A stretch of 63,997 nucleotides of DNA, the filler included, from Octopus bimaculoides (Eukaryota): NCBI RefSeq assembly GCF_001194135.2. It is 6 parts of 6 records of this genome, joined end to end, with 100 filler letters (N's around TTAATTAATTAA, not from the genome) between each part and the next. Parts side by side here need not be neighbours in the genome. Positions count along the whole stretch, not along the records: positions 34,493 to 42,714 come from NC_068985.1; positions 42,815 to 59,713 come from NC_068983.1; 4 more parts are not named here. One strand, written 5' to 3'. Under the pieces are notes generated by a model. That model had not been told where the DNA came from. It did not search any database and was given only the letters and a program-made list of their open reading frames with translations. Below, in pieces: positions 37,835-49,100 of this stretch. How positions within the stretch are numbered: position 1 is the first letter of the stretch; each line of letters opens with the position of its first letter. The translations under genes and the position numbers were made by a program.

Positions 37835-38130
37835 GAAGCATGGTCTAATGGTTAAGAAATTCATTTTCCAGTCATGAAGTTTCAGGTTCAATCTCATAGC
37901 CTGGTATCTTGTATGAATGACATTTTCTCTGTTAGACTCATACCTTGTACATGAAATTAGGTTGGCAGAATCTATTTAAAAGCTCGTACTATTGTTTGCA
38001 TGCATAATTCAAATGGTACAACCTTGCCATACACTATGTGATTCTGCCTGGGAATGACTTTAAGGGTACACATTTCTGTGGATGTCTCAGTTTCAGTGAT
38101 GTTAATTGAAGAATAAGCAATTCAGTCGAT
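37835..38130 (+). mobile_element. Old SINE related to family C (Deu-like domain)
   Basis: tRNA-like head GCATGGTCTAATGGTTAAG...CAGGTTCAATC; diverged CTTTAAGGGTACACATTTCTGTGG domain. Confidence 0.5.
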
Positions 38131-38367
38131 CGAGAGGAAATTCACCACTAACACCACAACAAAAACGCACATTTGCGGGGACAGGAGAGGTCTAAATCTC
38201 ATCTCACAAAAAAACATGATGTGTCGATGTAATAATTTAGTTGTAACATTCTACCATTGGACTTTTTACAATTCTGGTACAATTAGTCGAATTAAGTAAA
38301 TAAAGGAATGAGAGGTATTTATTTCAATGGCGTCAAAGTAATTACATTGACGATAATACAAGGCAGC

Positions 38368-38575
38368 GCACTGGCAGACATTTAGCACGCCGGGCGAAAT
38401 GCTTAGCGGTATTTCGTCTGTCTTTACGTTCCGAATTGAAATTCCGCCGAGGTCAACTGTGTCTGTCATCCTTTCGGGGTCGATAACTTAAGTACAAGTT
38501 GCGTACTGGGGTCGATCTAATCGACTGGCCCCTCCTCAAAATTTTTGGATCTTGTGCGTAGAGTAGAAAAGTACA
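38368..38575 (+). mobile_element. SINE family A
   Basis: Close match to the 18899-19108 copy. Confidence 0.85.
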
Positions 38576-39259
38576 TTGACAATTATCTCAGGAGGATCTA
38601 TACAAATATAAACGCTCATAGGTGAAAATGGGGGAGGAAAGTGTTCCAAATTAGAACGCCGCAAAATGGAATCAAGCTGAAAAGTATTTTACCCAATGTC
38701 TCAGCATTTCTGCCTATCTATAATTTTGTAATATGAATATCTTAATATTGATACTCCTTAATATTTCCTAACTTCAACATCAGTGAATATCTTTTCACAC
38801 ACACGCACGCACGTGGGGACACACACACACACACACACGCACACACACACGCACACACACACAGACACACGCACCCCCCCCCCACATAATTAATCCTACA
38901 AGCATGATGAAATCCAAGTTGTTATTAAGAGCTGCATTTGCTTTCAATTTAAATACTAAAATTCTAGGTTCCATCAATAATCCGGCTGATCTAACCAGCG
39001 AGTAGCCCGAAATATAAACAGCAAAACTAACAATTCTCTTCTGTTACAAACTACTATCAAACATATTTTACCGCTGAAATCAATTTTGCTTTTCGAGGCC
39101 CTTCAGGTTATACTACAAACACAAGACAATTAACGAATTCTACGTGGCTATTTAAAACTACTAGAAGCAGTATCAACCTCTCACTCAGAACACATTGCGC
39201 TCTATTATAAAATGAACCAAAGGAGGAGATCCTACAAATGATTTAATGGTAAAACTCAC

Positions 39260-39331
39260 TATTCTTGAAATATGATGTGATAGTCATATCCAGAACACGG
39301 TTGGTCATCAGTGTTCTCAATGTAGCAAGAT
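39260..39331 (-). CDS. Candidate 72-bp internal exon of an unidentified host gene
   Basis: Minus strand TTGTTGTTATTTAATTTTAG|...ATA|GTGAGT; length is a multiple of 3; two frames open (xSCYIENTDDQPCSGYDYHIIFQEx or xLATLRTLMTNRVLDMTITSYFKNx). Confidence 0.3.
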
Positions 39332-40479
39332 CTAAAATTAAATAACAACAAGCATACTCTATCAACTATCTAATTTTTCGTTGTCGATTATTCATTTTGT
39401 TGCAAACCTTCACTGCATTACTTCCATTCTCTCCAGACCATGTGTAGCTTGCAAATATTGCCTGGTAAATATTTTAGTTGGGCATAAATCTTATTAGATA
39501 GGGAGTGTATGATAAAGTGAAGGTATCTTATTCTGTCTAAATTATATAATGAAAATTGTTGTGCTTGCATTACATGGCAAAGTAAATGCTGGAACATCTA
39601 AAGAGCTTAGTACAGACAGAAAATATGGAACCGAAAAAAATTAAAAATTACAATTCACCAATAAAATCAGAAATTGGCGGCCATTTTGTCTTATCAATTT
39701 TTGAAAAATATAAGCAATACATATGAATTATACACTTAAAAAAGATGTTAAATGTGTAGTTAGATTGTTCTCCATGTATCATTGAATAAATGATTCACTG
39801 CTATTTCTTGCTCTTCTGAAAGTTATTAAGTGCCTACTTAAGAAGAAAAATACAATATAATATTTTTGTGTCTTGAATAGTTTATACAATGAATTCTAAG
39901 AAGGATTTTTGTTTAGAAATACGACAAGGATGTTTCCACGTATGAAAAATATTTATTTTCAAATAGAAGAGATAATACAAGTAAGGCGTACATTATTTGC
40001 AAATTGTTGGCAAATGTACAGGTTTTTGGCTGCAGTCAGTTTCGTTCATTTACAAATTATATCTATTAATTTTGCCCAAATATCTATACAATGAAGCAAC
40101 AAGAATATATCTCTGCAATAAAACTGCCATTAGCATTTATACTGATGGTGATGTGATGATTTTAATAGTGGTGGTGGTGGAGGCGGTGGTGCAGAGGAAA
40201 TATTTCCGAACAAAACAGACACAATAGCTTTTTTATGAATATGATGAGATGTATAACATAATCATAAACAAGTAGAAACACAACATTAAAAACAAAACAG
40301 TACTTAATGACTACTTTGTTTGAGCAATCTCTCCGAATGTCCTCTTCTTTTGAAACATACATACATACATGCATACGCACATACATATATACATACATAC
40401 ATACATGCATACATACATATATACATGCATACAAACGTACGTATGTTGATACGTATAGGCAAGCACACACATATATCAG

Positions 40480-40650
40480 CTAATACAGGGATGAAGATAA
40501 GCCGATTATGTCAACCGTGGTGTTCAACTGGTACTTATTTTATCGAGCCCGAAACGATGAAAGGCAAATTCAACTTCGGTGACATTTGCACTAAAACGTA
40601 AAGACAGACAATACACCGCTAAGCATTTTGCCCTTCATGTTAAAGATTCT
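40480..40650 (-). mobile_element. SINE family A, diverged
   Basis: Reverse complement CTGGCAGAATCTTTAAC...ATGCTTAGCGG...TTTGCCTTTCATCGTTTCGGGCTCGATAAAATAAGTACCAGTTGA. Confidence 0.75.
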
Positions 40651-41886
40651 GCCAGTAAGCGGCTTATATGAAGAGAAAATGATATTGTTTTGAAAATAAC
40701 ATTCAATTATTATTGCAATTCCACCGAAAAATGAGACTAAGTTTTTTTGTATAATAGTCCTAGATAGAAAGTTATGTTAAGATATCTTTCGATGTAACTC
40801 CTTTAAATGTATGAATTTAGGTTAAACTTTAGCCGGCTTTTTCCCGATTTTCTAGCCTTGCTAACCAAGTCATTTTAGCCTTTGTTTACAAAGAGTTGGC
40901 TTTTGCCAAGTATAGTACGTTAGGCACAACCGACGTAGCAGCCATAATCTCTTGGTTACGGTACGCAGATGGATTTCCTCATTTGTAAATTCTATCTCAT
41001 AAAGTGAATTAGATAATCTAACCTTCAGATATTTGTTGGGATGAGTGTAGTTTCTTGGCCACCGTTTTTGAGATTATCCGTGTTTCCATTATTATACAGA
41101 CCGATGGCAGAAACATTGCAGCGTATAGCTAGACGTTTATGTCAGTAGAAACGCTTCATGCTGCCCAGACTGGAGATATACGCTGAAGTAACATATGATA
41201 TATGGTAAATAACAGTTATTTGTGTATCATATTTAATGTTAGATACATCGAAATAGGGTAACTTGATGCTGCATTCTTTCTAAGATAATATATTACATGG
41301 ATGCGCAGTGTTAAAAAACAATAGGAGGCAAAAAAATGTAATATGTATGTCTGGCTCATTCTCATTGGCAGCTGCTCAGACGGTTTTCCTCTGCCTTTGA
41401 TCTATTTTATGTTTATAGACACCGAACATTCATATGAGATATTAGCTCAGGACAAATACCATAACAAATTTTACCTGTCATTACGATGATACACATGGCG
41501 TTTTGAATTTATTACTACAAATTATTTCATAATTATTGCGGTATGATTGCAGGAAAAAGAAGATCACTACATGATGATAACGTCTCAATCATGTATTCGG
41601 TTCACAGCAGCTTGAACAAGTGTACCTTTTTACAAACATGAGCCAAACCATACATTATAAGTGAAACTAATCTGTAGAAACTGTGTATAATGTTGCAGAT
41701 CGATCCAATGGATCGTACCTGAAATTCAAGGGCCCGGCCTTGTTATAAAATGTCGCACAGTGTCTGCATGAACATTATGTAACGGTTATGCGGATGTGAG
41801 AAATTCTCACTCATTTACGTACGGTCTCCATGAGCCTGGAATTTCAGGTGTAGAATCAGTCATAAAGTCATACAGGATGTACAGAC

Positions 41887-41952
<66 letters not shown>

Positions 41953-42674
41953 GCAGTAGTGGACATTACCCACATGTAGACATAGGTTTTATAAAACTTT
42001 TCAACACTGTAAGAAATCATAAGTAAAGAGTCATATTAATATCTTAGTCTTCTTATTTTTCGTATAGTGGCATCATAATAATAGTAGGATTGTTACAAGT
42101 AGGAAAAAAGAAAATTAAATTTGAATTATATTGAGTATACACACATCCACATAATATAAATTATCCATTGGATGAATGCCAGCAATATATATCTTCTTAA
42201 AATTTGAACCTGTACACCTGTAACGTACAACAAACTGATTTTAAATATAATAATTTAAATATTACGTTAATTTACTCTATATTTGGTCAGTATGTGGTCA
42301 GTAAACGGCTATGTTTACATTTGCATAAAATATAACAATAATATCTCCCAGTTTTGTATACACAACTATAAAAGGCAAGAAATTAACTACTTTTATTTTC
42401 TGCATTTATGGATCACATATTGAAGAGAACAGAATTATGGATTACCGCAGAGGATTTTACCACGGATGTATATTATTTCTTCAAACTTTTAAGAACAAGG
42501 ATTTTCCAAAGCATATCTATGCCAGTAACGTTTTAGACAACATCTTTTTCAGATATTTTTAAATAGCATTCGATTGACGACGCGGAAATTCAATCTCTTT
42601 CTCTCTGACGAGTTGATGTATTACCTAATAATGATTATCAATTTTAGTTGCACATATATAGACATAGATAGATG

Positions 42675-42714
<40 letters not shown>

Positions 42715-42869
42715 NNNNNNNNNNNNNNNNNNNNNNNNNNNNNNNNNNNNNNNNNNNNTTAATTAATTAANNNNNNNNNNNNNNNNNNNNNNNNNNNNNN
42801 NNNNNNNNNNNNNNCGCCACCTGAATTTGCTGGCTTTGGGCCAAAAGCTGAAAATATAACAACAACAAA

Positions 42870-43030
42870 TCGAATATACACGGTGAGAATTTACAAAAGA
42901 AACAAAAGACGAAGAAGGGTGTGTAAACAACAACCGGATGTATTAGTTTAACGCTCGGGAAGGTGAGAAAGTCTTTTACGTTTCGAGCCTACGCTCTTCG
43001 ACAGAAAGAAACACAAGAATAAAAACAAGG
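42870..43030 (-). mobile_element. Family D repeat copy with hammerhead-like motif at 42973-43008
   Basis: Matches the 2920-3050 copy; the motif is identical to 5362-5397. Confidence 0.75.
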
Positions 43031-43314
43031 AGAAAAAGAAGAAGGAAGAAGGAAAAATAAAAGAGAAAGGGGAAGAAAGGAAGAAGGGAAGACAAAAGGG
43101 GAAAAGAAAGGGAGGGAGAGAGAGACAAGGTAACAAGTGAGGATTGAGAGAAACGACAATAGGAAAAAGCAGAAAGTACAAAAAATGTTTAGAAAAGTTC
43201 ACACACATATATATAAACATATATATGTATNNNNNNNNNNNNNNNNNNNNNNNNNNNNNNNNNNNNNNNNNNNNNNNNNNNNNNNNNNNNNNNNNNNNNN
43301 NNNNNNNNNNNNNN

Positions 43315-43347
<33 letters not shown>

Positions 43348-43469
43348 ATATATATGAGTGAGTGTGTAAATATAATTCAGCAAAATGAATTATTCTAAAC
43401 TGTTTTTCGCACGCGCAAGTAGAAATGATGCAAACATCGTCTTGGTGTGCTTGGTGCATTTGGTTGCCG

Positions 43470-43826
43470 ACGTCGTCATTTTTGACACCGTCATCATCAT
43501 AATCGTCAACTTCATCATCATCATCACAACCAGGGTCATCATTCTTATCATCATCATCACCCTTTTCTTCTTCTTCCTTCTCCTCCACCACCTCCTCATC
43601 ATCATCATTATCATTGTCATCGCGGTCGTCGTGGTCAACGTCGTCGTTATGACCATCATCGTACCATCGTCGTCGCTGTCGTCGTTGTGCTCATTATTGC
43701 CATCATCGTTCTCATCATCACAATCACCATCATTGTCAGCATTGTCGTCATCGTCATCGGTATCATCACCATCATCATCATCATCACCACCGTCATCATT
43801 ATCACCATCATCATCATCATCCTCAT

Positions 43827-43867
<41 letters not shown>

Positions 43868-43905
43868 CCATCGTCATCACCATCGTCATCATCATTATTA
43901 ACATC

Positions 43906-43951
<46 letters not shown>

Positions 43952-44225
43952 ACATCATCACTATCATCGCCATCACCATCGTCAACTTCATAATCATCAT
44001 CACCATCATCATTGTCATTATCATCGTCATCATCAGAATCATCATCATCGTCCTCCTCATCATCATCATCATCGTCGTCGTCATCATCATCATCATCGTC
44101 ATCATCATCATCGTCATCATCATCATCACCATTATTATCATCATCGTCAACATCATCACCGTCATCGTCATCGTCATTGTCATCATCATCATCATCATCA
44201 TCATTATCATCATCATCATCGGCAT
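43470..44225. repeat. Mosaic (CAT/CGT/CAC/TAT) trinucleotide array, about 750 bp
   Basis: Direct reading; mostly in one 3-nt register. Confidence 0.93.
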
Positions 44226-44329
44226 AAGCAATACAGGCTTTCACTAAGCTTCACACTGCCATACTTACAAATCTCATTAGGTATGTCGCATCAGTCAGCT
44301 GATTTCCATTCTTTCATTTACTTGATTTA

Positions 44330-45240
44330 CATCATTGAATTTTTCATAAATAAGTTTGTCGCCTAAGGATTGGACGGTTAGATACTGTGTAGCCTTCTTG
44401 AGGGTGGCATTGTCCACAACGCCTCGGATATCAAGCAGGCTGTCAGAGTGAATGGTAAATCTATCAAGATTCTTTGATTTTTCCTGGAGTAGTGCTTGAC
44501 CATCAAGAGCTATGAATTTTGCTGTACCTCTTATCTGTGGCCCGTATATCTTTCGAAGTCCTGAGTAAAATGCTTTTGTATCATTTTTATATCCATACTG
44601 TTGTTATTCTTCGGATTTGGCGTCACACCAACCTGATTTTAGTTTCCTTGTAAATTGTTGCAGCTTCCTTCTTGTTTCCGTCAGTTTTCCTGATTCACTT
44701 TGTGTTACAATTTAGCAGCCTTGCCTTTGGAATGTTCCTTTCCTCTAGTAGGGTCTGTAATTGGATATCGTTCCGGTTGATCTAATCTTGGTCTCGCGTG
44801 TAGTTATTTTCAAAATGTCCCATTTTCCTTCAAGTCCTTTGTCTCCTTTTATCGACCCAACGTTATCCTACAACTCCTGAAATTCCTGTTTCACTTTGGG
44901 GCCTCTGGACCCCATGATATTTGCATATTATTTGGTCGGTCTTTGATCTTATCACGTGGTGGTCAGTAGAGCAGTCTGCACCTGTCATGATTCTTGTATC
45001 AATGACATCATTCTGATATCTTCTCTGAATAATTATGTTGTCTAACAAGTGTTAATACTTGGAGCGAAGGTACTTCCAAGTGATCTTCTGATGGTCGATA
45101 TGCTTGAAGTCAGTGTTTGTAATTACTAGGATGAACTCAGAGCAGAGGGCGAGAAGAAACTCATCGCTAGAAGAATCCAGGTCATCTTAAGCTGTTGAAT
45201 GTCCGCTCTAGTATGACCACGTTCTCCAAAATGGTAGTCG
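44330..45240 (-). mobile_element. Decayed RTE-clade LINE (APE endonuclease C-terminus plus linker)
   Basis: LLDNIIIQRRYQNDVIDTRIMTGADCSTDHHVIRSK (APE TDH motif) and NDTKAFYSGLRKIYGP, typical of RTE/BovB-like ORFs. Confidence 0.8.
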
Positions 45241-46459
45241 TTGATCGAATGGGTTCTCCGACTCGAAGGGATGTACTCGCCTCTCCTTTCTGCCGACGGT
45301 CAGACCCGCGTAACCCGGTGCACGATCGACTCTGCACGGCCGGCGCGTCCACGATTCTTCCGCCCGCCCCGAAGTGAGCGCCCTCACCCTCGCCCTCGCT
45401 GTCACCGTCGTTCCACGCCTCANNNNNNNNNNNNNNNNNNNNNNNNNNNNNNNNNNNNNNNNNNNNNNNNNNNNNNNNNNNNNNNNNNNNNNNNNNNNNN
45501 NNNNNNNNNNNNNNNNNNNNNNNNNNNNNNNNNNNNNNNNNNNNNNNNNNNNNNNNNNNNNNNNNNNNNNNNNNNNNNNNNNNNNNNNNNNNNNNNNNNN
45601 NNNNNNNNNNNNNNNNNNNNNNNNNNNNNNNNNNNNNNNNNNNNNNNNNNNNNNNNNNNNNNNNNNNNNNNNNNNNNNNNNNNNNNNNNNNNNNNNNNNN
45701 NNNNNNNNNNNNNNNNNNNNNNNNNNNNNNNNNNNNNNNNNNNNNNNNNNNNNNNNNNNNNNNNNNNNNNNNNNNNNNNNNNNNNNNNNNNNNNNNNNNN
45801 NNNNNNNNNNNNNNNNNNNNNNNNNNNNNNNNNNNNNNNNNNNNNNNNNNNNNNNNNNNNNNNNNNNNNNNNNNNNNNNNNNNNNNAATGAGATTTTGAT
45901 AGATTTTTGTTTACAACCTGTACAATTTAAAATCAGAAGAATTTAGACAACGAAATACAGTGAGAATTCAACGGCACTTTCTACCGTTTTAAAATTTGCC
46001 GGCTTTAACAAAAATTTTAAATAAATAAGTAGAAAAAAATTAATAAATCAGGCAAAAGATGACAAAAACTAAAATATTTAAAAAATTACTGTCGAAGAGG
46101 AAAAAATATAAAATGATAAAAATATAAAATGATAAAATGTCCTGTAAAAGAAATAACATCACAGAAAAAGGGGAAATATATTAAAAAATTAAAAGAAAAA
46201 AATGAAATAACATAATAATATAATTGTAAAAAATGGCGCATAAAATATATAACAAAAATTCAATTAAGAAAATAACGATTGCTATTTCCTTCGCTTATCT
46301 AGAGAAAATGTTAAAATAAAAGAAAGGGAAAAAATAGTATTGAAGAACAAAAAGCAAGATGACAAGAAGGAGTAAAGTGTGGAGGTGATGGAGCTTATAG
46401 GTGGTCGTTTAAATTGTTAGAAATGGCAGCTAAGCTTCCATTAAATCATACACTGGTTC

Positions 46460-46613
46460 AGGCATGACTGTGTGGTGAGAAGCTCGTTTCCTGTTTCAGT
46501 GTTACTGTGTAGCACCTAAGGCAAAGGTGTTCAGCTCATAGCCCCGGGCCGACCAAAGCTTTCTGAGCACATTTGGTAAACGGAAACTGAAAGAAGCTCA
46601 TCGTAAATATATA

Positions 46614-46644
<31 letters not shown>

Positions 46645-46674
46645 TGTATGTATGTATATATGTATGCATGTATG

Positions 46675-46741
<67 letters not shown>

Positions 46742-47035
46742 CTATCTATTTGTGTGTGTGTGAATGTTTGTATGTATCTGTGCCTATTTATATATTTATA
46801 TATATTCACATATATGGACGCATATGTATGTATATATGTGCGTGTGTGTCTGTCCCCCAAACCCAGTGTAGGTTTGTTTACGGCCTCCTAACATAGCGTT
46901 TCGGCAAAAAGAGTGATAGAATATGTTCCAAACTTTAAAAAAAATAGCTACTAGGGTCGATTTGTTCGACTAAACCCTTCATAGATGCTGCACCAGAATG
47001 GTCGCAGTCCAATGAGTGAAACAAGTGAAAGATAT
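46460..47035 (+). mobile_element. Full bipartite SINE family B: head + internal microsatellite + 3' tail
   Basis: Head 46460-46605, compound microsatellite 46610-46845, tail to GCAGTCCAATGAGTGAAACAAGTGAAAGA. Confidence 0.75.
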
Positions 47036-47099
47036 TAAGTGATCAGGTATAGAATATTTTTGATAATAGACGTGTCCAATTAGAATCGACCTGGGGCTA

Positions 47100-47315
47100 A
47101 ACTGCAACAACAAAAGCAACAACAACAACAGCGACGAAGACAATAATGACATCGACAACGACAAAGACAGAACGAAACTATCAAATGACAGACAAATTAA
47201 TGATAGTAAAAATAATAATTAAACGAGGAAATTAACTGCCAGGAATTATCAAGGAGCAAACAGCAAAAACAGCAATGAAAATAACAACGTCGCCACCGCC
47301 ATCGCTGACGATAGC

Positions 47316-47375
<60 letters not shown>

Positions 47376-47493
47376 AACAACAGCAACAATAACAACAACA
47401 ATAACAACCTTATAATTAAACAAGGAACTCAACAGTAAGAGATTAACAAGGCAGTAAGAGCAAATAATAATAATGATAATAATAATAATAATG

Positions 47494-47557
<64 letters not shown>

Positions 47558-49100
47558 TGATGATGATGAAAAAGAAAGAAAGAAAGAAAGAAAAAGAAGA
47601 GGCAGAAGAAGAAGAAGAAGAAGAAGAAGAAGAAGAAGAAGAAGAAGAAGAAGAAGAAGAAAGGAAGAAAATATTAACAAGATTCGTTTATAAAAATGTA
47701 TCAAAAATAAACAAGTGCTAAAAAATATTAAAAAAAGGAAAAAAAAAACATATATTGTAAAATATCAAAAAATAAGCAGAAGAGATCAGTAAAAGAAAAG
47801 AGAATAAAAATAAAAAAGTGGAAAATAAAATAAAAATGAAATAATTAAGCAACATGTTGTAATTATCAACATCTTACATGTTTGACAGCAAATATTAGTT
47901 GTCATCATCGTCATCATCATCAGCAGCATTTGTCTCCACCTCCTCTTCCTCCTCCTCTTCGTCATCATCATCATCATCACCGATATCGTCATTACCGTCA
48001 TTATCATCGTCATCACCACCGGCGACTTTGCCGCCACCACCACCGCCGCCGCCATCGCCGCGCCATCGCCGCGCCATCGCCGCGCCATCGCCGCGCCATC
48101 GCCGCGCCATCGCCGCGCCATCNNNNNNNNNNNNNNNNNNNNNNNNNNNNNNNNNNNNNNNNNNNNNNNNNNNNNNNNNNNNNNNNNNNNNNNNNNNNNN
48201 NNNNNNNNNNNNNNNNNNNNNNNNNNNNNNNNNNNNNNNNNNNNNNNNNNNNNNNNNNNNNNNNNNNNNNNNNNNNNNNNNNNNNNNNNNNNNNNNNNNN
48301 NNNNNNNNNNNNNNNAAAAGGAAAGAGTAGTGGAAGAAGAAGAAGAAGAAGAAGAAGAAGAAAGAGAAGAAGAAGAAGAAGAAGAAAGAGAAGAAGAAGA
48401 AGAAGAAGAAGAAGAAGAAGAAGAAGAAGAAGAAAAATAAGAAGAAGAAAAAGAAGAAGAAATGGTGGAAGAAGAAGAAGAAGAAGAAGAAGAAGAAGAA
48501 GAAGAAGAAGAAGAAAGAGAAGAGGAAGAAAGAGAAAAGGATGAAAAAAGAAAAAAGAAAGAGAAGAAGAAACAGTAAAGGAAAAGAAGAAAAAGAAGGG
48601 GGGAGTGGGAGTTGAATTGAACGAGAAGTACTTCAAACGAAATTCGTCGAAAAATCTCAAAATATGGAAACGAAGTAGAAAGACACAAATTTGTAGCAAA
48701 AACAAGAACATTATAACCACCACCACCACCACAGCCATCATTAACAACATCAGCACCATCACCATGAGGACTAGAACCACCACTACCATCACCACCACCA
48801 CTACAGTGTATATAGAACTACCATCATCATTACCGCCACAAAAACCGCTATTACCATGACCACCACCGTTGTCCCTACCACCACCATCGCCAGTACTACC
48901 ATTAACTCCAAAACTACCTCCACCCTGCCCTGCCATCAATGCCAGAACCACTACCACCACCACTAGTATTAAATCCACTACCACCACCACCACCACCACC
49001 ACAGCAGCAGCAACAACAACAACAACAACAACAATAACAACAAATGGACAACAACAACAACAACAACAGCTACAACAACAGAATGAAGAGAAAGCTAATC
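47100..49100. repeat. Large low-complexity field: (AAC)n, (AAT)n, (GAA)n, (CAT)n, (CAC)n
   Basis: Direct reading; includes a gap. Confidence 0.88.
48050..48122. repeat. CpG-rich 11-bp minisatellite (CGCCATCGCCG)n
   Basis: About 6.5 perfect units running into a gap. Confidence 0.93.

Noticed and set aside
37622-37897. 91-aa ORF in apparently unique DNA
   Set aside because: Overlaps two old SINE copies.
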